The position numbers and the translations under genes are program-made. From positions 125,618 to 189,617 of the forward strand of contig JBGSVZ010000035.1 of the NCBI GenBank assembly GCA_041752695.1: DNA of 64,000 nt, read 5' to 3'. The DNA comes from Terrimicrobiaceae bacterium. Lineage in GTDB: Bacteria; Verrucomicrobiota; Verrucomicrobiia; Chthoniobacterales; Terrimicrobiaceae. Every line of letters begins with the position of its first letter. Positions within the stretch are counted from its first letter, which is position 1. Under the pieces are notes generated by a model. It saw nothing but the letters and a program-made list of their open reading frames with translations, did not search any database and had not been told where the DNA came from. Shown piece after piece: positions 41,692 to 50,193 of this stretch.

Positions 41692-43857
41692 ATGTCTTTT
41701 GAGCTCGCCTCGACCTACGAACCCCGCGGAGACCAAGGCCGCGCCATCGAGCAGCTCACCCGCTCCCTGAAGGCCGGCAACCGGCACCAAACGTTGCTCG
41801 GTGTCACGGGGTCGGGCAAAACTTTCACCGCCGCCAATGTGATCCGCGAACTCGACCGGCCCACGCTGGTCATGTCGCACAACAAGACCCTCGCGGCGCA
41901 GCTCTACAGCGAATTTAAGCAATTCTTCCCCCGCAATGCGGTGGAGTATTTTGTCAGTTATTTCGACTACTACCAACCCGAGGCCTACATCCCGCGCACG
42001 GACACCTACATCGAAAAGGACTCGTCGATTAACGAGGAGATCGAGCGCCTGCGTCTTTCGACCGTGAGTTCCCTGCTCTCCCGCCGCGACACGCTGGTGG
42101 TGGCCAGCGTTTCCTGCATCTACGGCCTGGCCTCGCCCGAGGATTTCTTGCAGATGCTGGTCACCATTAAAAAAGGCCAGCAGATGTCCCGCGAGGCGTT
42201 CCTCGCCAAGCTGGTCGACATGCTCTACGAGCGCAACGACGTGGCCTTCGCTCGCGGGAAGTTTCGCGTCCGCGGCGATGTCGTCGAGGTGCATCAGGCG
42301 CAGGTCGATGACGAAGCCATTCGCGTGGAATTTTTCGGCGACGAAATCGACCGCATCAGCCGCTTCGATCCGCTCACCGGACACGTCAACGACACGCTCA
42401 CCACCCTGACGATTTATCCGGCCAAACAATTCGTCACGCCCCACGACAAACTCCAGCGCGCCGCGCGGGCCATTCGCGCGGAACTGGACGAACGGGTCAC
42501 GTATTTTGAACGAAACAACCAGCTCATCGAAGCCCAGCGGATCAAACAGCGCACGGAATTTGATCTCGAAATGATGCAGGAAATGGGCTTCTGCAGCGGC
42601 ATCGAAAATTACTCCCGTCATCTCACTGGCCGCCCTCCCGGTTCACGTCCCTACACGCTGATGGATTTCATGCCCGAGGATTTCCTCCTCGTGATCGACG
42701 AATCCCACGCCACCGTTCCGCAGATCGGCGGGATGTTCGCGGGTGACCGTTCCCGCAAATCGGTCTTGGTCAATTACGGCTTCCGCCTCCCCAGCGCGAT
42801 GGACAATCGGCCGTTAAACTTCGAGGAATTCATGGGCGTCACCCAGCAAACCATTTACGTGAGCGCCACGCCGGGCGAATTCGAGATGCGCAACAGCGTC
42901 GTCGGCAACACGACCTACCTCGCCAATCCCGACAAAAGTTTCCGCGAACAAAAGAAACCGGCCATGACCACCGGCCACGTCACTTCGGCCTTCGATCCCC
43001 TCACCCCGGGTGCACCGCTGGTCGTGGAGCAGATCATCCGCCCCACCGGGCTGATCGATCCGAAAATTTCCATCCTTCCGCTCAAGGGTCAGATCGACGA
43101 AACCATCGAACTTTGCCGCCGCCGCATCGAGCTCGGCGAACGCGTGCTCGTCACCACCCTGACCAAGCGCACCGCCGAGGACCTCGCCGATTACCTGCGC
43201 GACGTGGGCATGAAAGTCCGCTACCTGCACAGCGACATCGACACCATTGAACGCGTGGAAATTCTGCGCAGCCTGCGCGCCGGAGAGTGCGACGTGCTCG
43301 TGGGGATCAACCTTCTCCGCGAAGGCCTCGATCTGCCGGAGGTTTCCCTCGTCTGCATCCTCGATGCCGACAAGGAAGGGTATCTGCGCAGTCAGACCAG
43401 CCTTATCCAGACCGCCGGCCGCGCCGCCCGTCACCTCAATGGCGAGGTGATGCTTTTTGCCGACACCGTCACCGGCAGCATGCAGGCGCTGCTTGATGTC
43501 ACGGAATACCGCCGCGGCCGCCAGATCGCCTACAACACGGAACACGGCATCACGCCGAAAAGCGTTGTCCGTGCCGTACAGGAAAGCCTCCACGTCGTCC
43601 TCAAAGGCAAGGAAGTCGAACAGGGTATCGTCAAAGAATCGCCGTCCGACTTCGACCTCCACGAACTGATCCGCGAACTCGAACGCGACATGGCCGGCGC
43701 CGCCGCCAATCTCGAATACGAACGCGCCGCCTTGCTGCGGGATCAGATCACCGAGTTGAAAAATGGCGCCGGGCTTTCCAAAATCGACCCCGGCCCGCGC
43801 AAGCCCGCCAAATACCCCGCCGCGCCCCGCGGTCGCCGAAAGACCGCCAAGGCGTAG
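41692..43857 (+). CDS. uvrB: Excinuclease ABC subunit B
   Basis: GVTGSGKT, YDYYQPEAY-like beta-hairpin, DESH, QTAGRAAR, C-terminal UVR domain. Confidence 0.97.
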   Translation: MSFELASTYEPRGDQGRAIEQLTRSLKAGNRHQTLLGVTGSGKTFTAANVIRELDRPTLVMSHNKTLAAQLYSEFKQFFPRNAVEYFVSYFDYYQPEAYIPRTDTYIEKDSSINEEIERLRLSTVSSLLSRRDTLVVASVSCIYGLASPEDFLQMLVTIKKGQQMSREAFLAKLVDMLYERNDVAFARGKFRVRGDVVEVHQAQVDDEAIRVEFFGDEIDRISRFDPLTGHVNDTLTTLTIYPAKQFVTPHDKLQRAARAIRAELDERVTYFERNNQLIEAQRIKQRTEFDLEMMQEMGFCSGIENYSRHLTGRPPGSRPYTLMDFMPEDFLLVIDESHATVPQIGGMFAGDRSRKSVLVNYGFRLPSAMDNRPLNFEEFMGVTQQTIYVSATPGEFEMRNSVVGNTTYLANPDKSFREQKKPAMTTGHVTSAFDPLTPGAPLVVEQIIRPTGLIDPKISILPLKGQIDETIELCRRRIELGERVLVTTLTKRTAEDLADYLRDVGMKVRYLHSDIDTIERVEILRSLRAGECDVLVGINLLREGLDLPEVSLVCILDADKEGYLRSQTSLIQTAGRAARHLNGEVMLFADTVTGSMQALLDVTEYRRGRQIAYNTEHGITPKSVVRAVQESLHVVLKGKEVEQGIVKESPSDFDLHELIRELERDMAGAAANLEYERAALLRDQITELKNGAGLSKIDPGPRKPAKYPAAPRGRRKTAKA

Positions 43858-43865
43858 ACCTCTTC

Positions 43866-43956
43866 CGTAGCGGCGGCCGTGAGGCCGTCGTTCCTGACAG
43901 CCTAAAGGCTGGACTCCAACGAAGCGGCTCCATGTTGGAGTTCAGGCTTCAGCCTG
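43866..43956. repeat. Single GTAG REP plus an inverted pair from a second repeat family
   Basis: CGTAGCGGCGGCCGTGAGGCCGTCG, then CAGCCTAAAGGCTGGACTCCAAC...GTTGGAGTTCAGGCTTCAGCCTG. Confidence 0.75.
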
Positions 43957-43957
43957 C

Positions 43958-44413
43958 TCATTCCTCCCGAACCGCAAGATCGAGAACATTCAGCCCGCAC
44001 ACGTCAGCCGCACGGAGCTGCCTTTTATCCGTCGAAACAAACTCCTGCACTCCCAGAAGTTTGGCGGTGGCCACATGCATCAAGTCCAATGTCCGGCATC
44101 CGGTTCGGGCAGTCACCACCGGAGAAAGCGTCAGTGCTTCCTCCGCGATCACATCCAGGGACAAAGGAACTTTCATGAAGCGACCCTCCGCAACGAGGCC
44201 GTCAACCAGCTCACGACATTTTAGAAGTTGAGCGGGAAGAATGTCCGATCGGAACAGCATCGCCTGCAGAGTGTTTTCGACCTCCACCTCGATCAATTTG
44301 GGAAACGGCACTGCCACTCCCCGCTTTTCGAGGAATCGGCGCACGACCGGACTCAAGGGCTCCTCGACAATGAGCTTCAGGACCAATCCCGTATCAAGAA
44401 ACAGTGCACTCAT
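43958..44413 (-). CDS. VapC/PIN toxin
   Basis: FLDTG, EVE, RTLDLMHVATA, STDKRQ. Confidence 0.88.
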   Translation of the reverse strand: MSALFLDTGLVLKLIVEEPLSPVVRRFLEKRGVAVPFPKLIEVEVENTLQAMLFRSDILPAQLLKCRELVDGLVAEGRFMKVPLSLDVIAEEALTLSPVVTARTGCRTLDLMHVATAKLLGVQEFVSTDKRQLRAADVCGLNVLDLAVREE

Positions 44414-44661
44414 CGTGAACCCCGTAGATCATCCAGCGCGGCATCCACAACCTCCCGAGGCCCCTCCGGCCAAATTCTTGCCATCCGGGCCGCGTGCCCG
44501 CCCCAGTCCACCTTGATGCCTTCCTTGCCCTCCACAGAAATAGGAAGCAACCGGGCTACCGGAACCTTTCGACGCATTACTTGAAAGGATGTCCCCCGCT
44601 CCACCTCGTGAAGAATTTTGGCAAGATTGTGCTGGGCTTCCCGAATACTGATCGTCTTCAT
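44410..44661 (-). CDS. Phd/YefM antitoxin
   Basis: MKTISIREAQHNLAKILHEVERG...RRKVPVARLLP; ATGA overlap with the toxin gene. Confidence 0.88.
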   Translation of the reverse strand: MKTISIREAQHNLAKILHEVERGTSFQVMRRKVPVARLLPISVEGKEGIKVDWGGHAARMARIWPEGPREVVDAALDDLRGSR

Positions 44662-44832
44662 GACGCACAAATATGACGCACAAACGATGGAATTCAAGAG
44701 GTAATCCTCAACAGTAGTGCGCGCCACGCCGTGTCGCAGCAGGAACGGAACTCTCGTTTTTCCCTGAGATCTCGCCCAAAATGACCTCCTTGATCCATTG
44801 CCGCGCGAAGCGTGAGGTGGTAGCTTCCGACC

Positions 44833-45077
44833 ATGAGCGCCGTTCGAAGTCATCGAACAAATTCGCGCCCTGCCCAGCGAGGAGCGGGCGCGGGTGGTGG
44901 AATTTGTCACGAAAGAACTGCCAGCTCTGGGTGCCGAATCGATTCGTGAATGAGCCGTCCTTTTTGACGAACGACGAAGTGCTTTTGCTTCACGTGCAGA
45001 GCCTTCGCGAACATGGAGGAACAAAGCAACTCGACAAAACTGGACTCGCCGCGCTCTTTCGCGAACTCTTCTCCTGA
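44833..45077 (+). pseudogene. Decayed antitoxin + Doc-like toxin remnant
   Basis: Frameshifted MSAV/EVIEQIRALPSEERARVVEFV, then MNEPSFLTNDEVLLLHVQSLREHGG joined to KQLDKTGLAALFRE with no Fic motif. Confidence 0.6.
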
Positions 45078-46204
45078 TGGCCGCCGCGAAGACCAAAACC
45101 TCGAACATGTATTTCCTCACCGGTTCCGACGAAGCCGGGGTGAAAAAGGCCGCCGTGGCGCTCGCCGCGAAACTCGCTCCGGGGGCCGATGCGTTTGGCC
45201 TGGAAGTCATCGACGGCGCGGTGGAAACGGTCGATCCCGCCACCCGGGCGGTGGAAGGAACGATCCAGGCCCTGCTCACCCTGCCCTTTCTGGGCGGCAC
45301 CAAACTCGTCTGGCTGAAAAGCGCGGCCTTCCTCGCGGACAGCGTGGCCGGACGTTCGGAAAGTGTGGTGGGTGCGATGGAGAAACTTTGCGAGGTGCTC
45401 AAATCCGGCCTGCCCGACGGCGTGACCTTTCTCCTCAGTGCCCCGCAGGCCGACAAACGCCGCACGACCTACAAGACCCTTTGCAAACTGGCCGAGACAG
45501 AAATTATCGACATGCCCGACCTGGGGTTCCGCGCCGGCGAGGAAGAGATCGTCGAGTGGACGATGTCGCGCGTCCATGCCCGGGATTTGCAGCTTTCTGC
45601 TGAGGCCGTGGAAATGCTGGCCGCGCGCATCGGCCTCGATTCCGGCCAACTCGACAACGAACTGGAAAAACTCGAAACCGCCTTCGGCAAATCTCATCCC
45701 ATCAGCACCGAGGAAGTCCGCGCCCTGGTGCCGCAGACGCGCGAAGGCGGGATCTTCGACCTCAGCGAAGCGGTGGCCCGCCGCAACCTCCCCCTCGCGC
45801 TGGAAACGCTCCAGCAATTGATGCGTCAGGGGGAAAAAGGCGTGGGCATTCTGCTCGCCGCCATTGTCCCCACCGTGCGCAATCTCCTGTTGGTCAAAGA
45901 CCTCATGGTCCGCCACAAAATCTCCCCACCCGCCCAGGCCCATTTCTTCGCCGGCTCGCTGAAACGCCTGCCGGAAAGCGCCATCTCGCACCTCCCGAAA
46001 AAAAAGGACGGCACGCTCAACGCCTACCCGCTTGGCATCGCCGCGATGAACGCGTCGCATTTTTCCCTGCCCGAACTCGAAGCCGGCTTCACCGCCTGCG
46101 CCGCCGCCAATCAAGAGCTGCTCAGCGGCCGCATGACCGACGACGTCATCATCACGCGTCTGCTCATCGGATTTCTTTCCCGCAAAACGGCATTAACGCG
46201 TTGA
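45077..46204 (+). CDS. holA: DNA polymerase III delta subunit
   Basis: YFLTGSD, TLPFLGG.KLV, NELEKL, IFDLSEAV. Confidence 0.85.
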   Translation: MAAAKTKTSNMYFLTGSDEAGVKKAAVALAAKLAPGADAFGLEVIDGAVETVDPATRAVEGTIQALLTLPFLGGTKLVWLKSAAFLADSVAGRSESVVGAMEKLCEVLKSGLPDGVTFLLSAPQADKRRTTYKTLCKLAETEIIDMPDLGFRAGEEEIVEWTMSRVHARDLQLSAEAVEMLAARIGLDSGQLDNELEKLETAFGKSHPISTEEVRALVPQTREGGIFDLSEAVARRNLPLALETLQQLMRQGEKGVGILLAAIVPTVRNLLLVKDLMVRHKISPPAQAHFFAGSLKRLPESAISHLPKKKDGTLNAYPLGIAAMNASHFSLPELEAGFTACAAANQELLSGRMTDDVIITRLLIGFLSRKTALTR

Positions 46205-46206
46205 CA

Positions 46207-46222
46207 TCCCTAGATGTTGTGG
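46207..46222 (+). promoter_or_regulatory. NrdR-box-like site next to a TTGACA -35
   Basis: TCCCTAGATGTTGTGG versus consensus acaCwAtATaTwGtgt; TTGACA at 46201. Confidence 0.6.
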
Positions 46223-46253
46223 TGAATTGGCTGAAATCCACGCCCGCAACACA

Positions 46254-46745
46254 ATGCGTTGTCCCAAGTGCGGCTCTCTCGAAGATAAAGTCATAGACTC
46301 CAGGCTCTCCAAGGACGGTGCAAGTATTCGCCGCCGCAGGGAATGCCTGGGCTGCGAGACGCGCTATACGACCTACGAGGAGATCGAACTCATCGAAATG
46401 CGGGCCATCAAACGCGATGGACGTCACGAAGCCTTCGACCGTCACAAGTTGGCCACGAGCATCGTCAAGGCCTGCGAGAAACGGCCGGTCAGCGTCGAAC
46501 AGATCGAGCGCGCGGTGGAGGAAATTTTGCAGGAAATGGAAGCCGATCAAAAACGCGAAATCCCCACCCGGGAAATCGGGGCGATGGTGATGGAAAAACT
46601 CCATGCCCTCGACCCGATTGCCTACGTGCGCTACGCGTCGGTCTATCGGCAGTTCCAGGAAATCGGCGATTTTATCGAAGAGATCCAGACCTACGAAAAA
46701 CGCTCGGCCCGCACGGCCGCCCAACCGGAGCTTTTCAAAGCATGA
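46254..46745 (+). CDS. nrdR: Transcriptional repressor NrdR
   Basis: MRCPKC...DSR...IRRRREC..C, ATP cone, AYVRYASVY. Confidence 0.96.
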   Translation: MRCPKCGSLEDKVIDSRLSKDGASIRRRRECLGCETRYTTYEEIELIEMRAIKRDGRHEAFDRHKLATSIVKACEKRPVSVEQIERAVEEILQEMEADQKREIPTREIGAMVMEKLHALDPIAYVRYASVYRQFQEIGDFIEEIQTYEKRSARTAAQPELFKA

Positions 46746-47296
46746 TCGGATTCCAGAACAACATGCCGCTCGTGCGCTTCGCCGATGGCAGCATCCTCCC
46801 TTTCGAACGCACCTGGCTGGCCGGATCCCTCGCCCGCGCTGCGGAACGCGCCGGCTACAAAAAATGGTGGCTCGCGCCACATGTCACCGAGAGCGTGACA
46901 AATTATCTGGAGCAGGATTTCGACGACAGCGTCGTCACGATCAAACGCCTCGAACAGGCCGTGCAATCCGTCCTCCAGGTCATCGGCTACGCGGATGTGG
47001 CCGGACATTTTCACGCTTCGCCGCCCCCGGCCCGCATTTCGCTGGAGGAACTCGCCCGCGATGCCGGTCACGGCTACGAACTTGTCTTTTTCGACCTCCT
47101 GCGGTCCCGCCTCCGCGAAGCCCTCGAGACCAAGCCCGAGAAGCTGGAGATCTACGACGCGCATAACGGCGTGAAACTGCTGCGCTCCGCCAAAAACTGG
47201 CGGCGGGATTGTTCCGGTCTGCTCGATGAGATCGTCGGATTCGTCCGCGAGGAAATCGGCACACGCGACAACGAACTCCGGCTCCAGCTCACGTGA
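46742..47296 (+). CDS. Conserved hypothetical protein (ATP-cone-like N-terminus)
   Basis: Overlaps nrdR (ATGA) and HIT (GTGA); PFERTWLAGSLARAA...V..VL..IGY.DVA..F. Confidence 0.7.
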   Translation: MIGFQNNMPLVRFADGSILPFERTWLAGSLARAAERAGYKKWWLAPHVTESVTNYLEQDFDDSVVTIKRLEQAVQSVLQVIGYADVAGHFHASPPPARISLEELARDAGHGYELVFFDLLRSRLREALETKPEKLEIYDAHNGVKLLRSAKNWRRDCSGLLDEIVGFVREEIGTRDNELRLQLT

Positions 47297-47631
47297 CCAT
47301 CTTCGAGCGCATCATCGCGCGCGAGATCCCCGCGCAGATCCTGCATGAGGACGACCAATGCGTCGCCTTCCGCGACATCAACGCCCAGGCCCCCATCCAT
47401 TTTTTGGTCGTCCCGAAAACGGTCATTCCCCGTGTGGGGGAAGCCCAGCCCGAACACCAGGCCCTGCTCGGCCACCTCCTCCTCACCGCCGGCTCCGTGG
47501 CCCGCCAGGAAGGCCTGGCCGACTCCGGCTTCCGCGTCGTCATCAACCACGGCCCGGACGGCGGCGAAACCGTTCCCCACCTCCACATCCACGTGCTGGG
47601 CGGCCGCCCCCTGACCTGGCCACCGGGATAA
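47293..47631 (+). CDS. hinT: Histidine triad nucleotide-binding protein
   Basis: TIFERII, HLHIHVLGG, WPPG. Confidence 0.9.
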   Translation: MTIFERIIAREIPAQILHEDDQCVAFRDINAQAPIHFLVVPKTVIPRVGEAQPEHQALLGHLLLTAGSVARQEGLADSGFRVVINHGPDGGETVPHLHIHVLGGRPLTWPPG

Positions 47632-47639
47632 GGCGGGGA

Positions 47640-47792
47640 GATTGTTGATTCTTGATTGTTGATGGCCCCCCGCGCGCCAGCGTTTCGTACCAATTGGTAG
47701 GGCTCGGCTGGCCCAGCCGTCCGTAGAAAGACAACCCGCCCCGGGTGTGATTTCCCGTAGCGGAAAACGTGAGTTTTCCCGTAAGTCGCTAC
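47640..47792. repeat. Cluster of REP-like repeats at the left island border
   Basis: GATTGTT/GATTCTT heptamers; GTAGGGCTCGGCTGGCCCAGCCGTCC; GTAGCGGAAAACGTGAGTTTTCC...CGCTAC. Confidence 0.65.
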
Positions 47793-48100
47793 TTCCTCCT
47801 CCCAGCCTTCCGATAAGACCCCGCCGCCGGCTTGGTTTCACTCACCGGCGTGACGGATACAGGACCTTCCGCCGCACGGAGCTGTGAGGCCGGATCGCCA
47901 AAAACATCCTGGTAGTCGCATCGCAGAGCCTTGAGGATCTGCTGTACCGAGCGCAGAGTGGCGCTTTGCTGCCCGTTCTCGATCCGGTGCAGCGTGGACT
48001 CGCCAAGCCCAAGTTTCCGCGCGAACTGCGAGAAAGTCTGCGTGCCCCGTTGCAAACGCACGAAGCGGGCAAGTTTCTGATCAAGCGATTCCGGCGGCAC
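47789..48100 (-). CDS. XRE family HTH regulator
   Basis: TFSQFARKLGLGESTLHRIENGQQSATL. Confidence 0.85.
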   Translation of the reverse strand: MPPESLDQKLARFVRLQRGTQTFSQFARKLGLGESTLHRIENGQQSATLRSVQQILKALRCDYQDVFGDPASQLRAAEGPVSVTPVSETKPAAGSYRKAGRRK

Positions 48101-48124
48101 GCGTCAAAACCTGCAACGAGAAGC

Positions 48125-48170
48125 ATTACGCATGCGGAATATTTACGCTTTCATTCCGTATCCGGAATAT
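48125..48170. promoter_or_regulatory. Paired palindromic operators
   Basis: ATTACG-CATG-CGGAAT and ATTCCG-TATC-CGGAAT, 28-bp period, in the divergent intergenic region. Confidence 0.6.
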
Positions 48171-48302
48171 CTGTAATCCCGCGACCGTGGAAACCAGTGC
48201 AACCGGAAGTTCGCCCGCGTGAAACCCGCCCCGCGCGCCCCAAGGAATTCACGTCCTCCATCCGAGCCATGACTCCCGCAAAAACCATTTCCACCTGACC
48301 GG

Positions 48303-49073
48303 ATGCCAAACGCCGACACGCAAAACATGATCGACCTCGTTGAACGGCAAACGGGATATCGGGTAACAATCGATGTCGTATCCGGCATCCACGAGCACGC
48401 CCAGATGATCTCGGCTCGGCCCGAGGCTCCCGCACACATTATTCGGGTCAATGCCGATCGCCGCCAGCACGCCGACTACATCGTCGCCGTCCAGTGCGGA
48501 ATGCTTCTGATATTGTGGTCAGACCCGAAAAATGTTCCGGGAATGGCGTTCGAGAAGTCCGAATGCGACCACCTCGCGGGCAAGTGGGCGAAGACAAAGC
48601 AACTCGCCGCCTTGCCTCCCGAGACTGCGTCCAAGACGGCCAATTTTTATGTAGAAAGTTTGGTAAGACAGGTTAGCTCAAACCCACTTGAGATTCGCGT
48701 GGCCAATCTCTGTTTTGAGTCGTGCCCCAGCTTGCGTGAGATCCAGGCGGAGTCGTTCACTGCCCATCTTCGCGGAATTTCAGAAGCCTTCTCTCCAAAG
48801 ATTAAGGAACTCGCGCCTCCTGATGTCTTTCAAAAAAACATGGCGATGAACGCTGCCGTAGCGCTGAACTGGGCGCGACTTTCGGGTAGCCGGATGTGCC
48901 TCCTGCCTTACGAGAGCACCGGGCACATCGATGCAGGCCAGAGATTGCTGGAAGTCATCGATGCCGCATCTGCACACACATCTGAAAATCACATGCGCAC
49001 CGTTGATGCATGGGCCGATCAACTTTCTTTGCGGACCCTCTACTGCTGGGACCTTTCCAATCGCCGCCAATGA
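48303..49073 (+). CDS. Hypothetical protein, possibly a degenerate zincin-like fold
   Basis: 256 aa; AHIIRVN...ADYIVAVQCGML where HExxH would be expected; ATGA-coupled to the TPR gene. Confidence 0.7.
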   Translation: MPNADTQNMIDLVERQTGYRVTIDVVSGIHEHAQMISARPEAPAHIIRVNADRRQHADYIVAVQCGMLLILWSDPKNVPGMAFEKSECDHLAGKWAKTKQLAALPPETASKTANFYVESLVRQVSSNPLEIRVANLCFESCPSLREIQAESFTAHLRGISEAFSPKIKELAPPDVFQKNMAMNAAVALNWARLSGSRMCLLPYESTGHIDAGQRLLEVIDAASAHTSENHMRTVDAWADQLSLRTLYCWDLSNRRQ

Positions 49074-50173
49074 ACCCAGAACCCTTTTCTTTCCAGTATC
49101 CTATGGCCGACTTCGACCTCACGAAGTTGCCCGTCGACGCCGCTCTACTCCGTGAAAACCCGGCGATGCTGGTGTCCGCAGTACAGGCATTCTATCAAGA
49201 GCGGTTCCATAAGCTGGGTGGCACCGCAAATATTGCGATCAAGGATGAAGTTGTTTCCGTGACGTGGCTTCCCAAGGCAGGCGATGCACCCGAGCAGGTC
49301 ATGGGGCACGCCTTAACCCTGCTGCGCCAAGGCGATTACAAGACTGCCGAGCCACTCCTGCGAGCCCTGATTGCCCGTGATGCGAACAATGCTGACGCGC
49401 TTTTTAATCTCGGAATGATGCTGAGCGACCAGCGGAAACTCGAGGAGGCGACAAACTTGCTCAGCCAGTTTGTGGATTTGGTTCCGGGCAGTTCTCACGG
49501 ATGGACCGCTTTGGGTGTGGCCCAATCGCGGAACGGGAAAACTCAAGAAGCGGCGAAGGCGCTCATCACAGCTTTGGAAATCGATCCTCAGAATGCTTAT
49601 GCATTGCGCAACTTGGGCGCAATTCTCATCAAGGAATCGCCGAACGATGCATTCCAATTTCTTGAGCGAGCCGCTGAACTAATGCCGGATGACCAAGCCG
49701 CCCAATACGGTCTCGCGCAATGTTTGCTGGCGCTCGGCCGAACTGCAGAGGCCGATCCAGTCTTTGCGAAGGCCATCCAACTCAGTCCTCTCAGTGACAT
49801 TGCCGAGTTGGCGCGCACAACCCGAACTTCAATGGCCCATCAAAACATGAGATCTGCCGCGGGTGGTGGCGCTCGACCGGACGCCGTCATGTATTGCCTG
49901 GATGGACTGCAGAAGTTCCGCGACTTGGGAAAAACGAAGACCGAAGCCATTGTGTTCGAGATCGCCATGCTCGGCCGGAGCGGCCTAGACATCAATGATC
50001 CTGCCAAAAAATATACTCTGCGCAGCCTTCCCGGCAGCTTTTCCGGACTTCAATTGGTGTCGTTGATGTATACGGGCATGAAGCTCATTGATCCGAGTGC
50101 TGATGCGGGGATTGATTTGTCGCAAGAGTATGCTGCGGCCAAGGCGCTCCTGGAAAAAGCGTCCTCAGACTAG
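49070..50173 (+). CDS. TPR protein with a distinct C-terminal domain
   Basis: Several TPRs (ALFNLGMML, GWTALGVAQ, ALRNLGAIL, AQYGLAQCL); C-terminal FEIAMLGRSGLDIND...FSGLQL. Confidence 0.85.
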   Translation: MNPEPFSFQYPMADFDLTKLPVDAALLRENPAMLVSAVQAFYQERFHKLGGTANIAIKDEVVSVTWLPKAGDAPEQVMGHALTLLRQGDYKTAEPLLRALIARDANNADALFNLGMMLSDQRKLEEATNLLSQFVDLVPGSSHGWTALGVAQSRNGKTQEAAKALITALEIDPQNAYALRNLGAILIKESPNDAFQFLERAAELMPDDQAAQYGLAQCLLALGRTAEADPVFAKAIQLSPLSDIAELARTTRTSMAHQNMRSAAGGGARPDAVMYCLDGLQKFRDLGKTKTEAIVFEIAMLGRSGLDINDPAKKYTLRSLPGSFSGLQLVSLMYTGMKLIDPSADAGIDLSQEYAAAKALLEKASSD

Positions 50174-50193
50174 CCATAACGAGAAAATCATTC

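Noticed and set aside
40915..47792. Possible CRISPR array from recurring GTAGCG repeats
   Set aside because: Repeats are dispersed inverted pairs without regular spacers and there are no cas genes; they fit REPs
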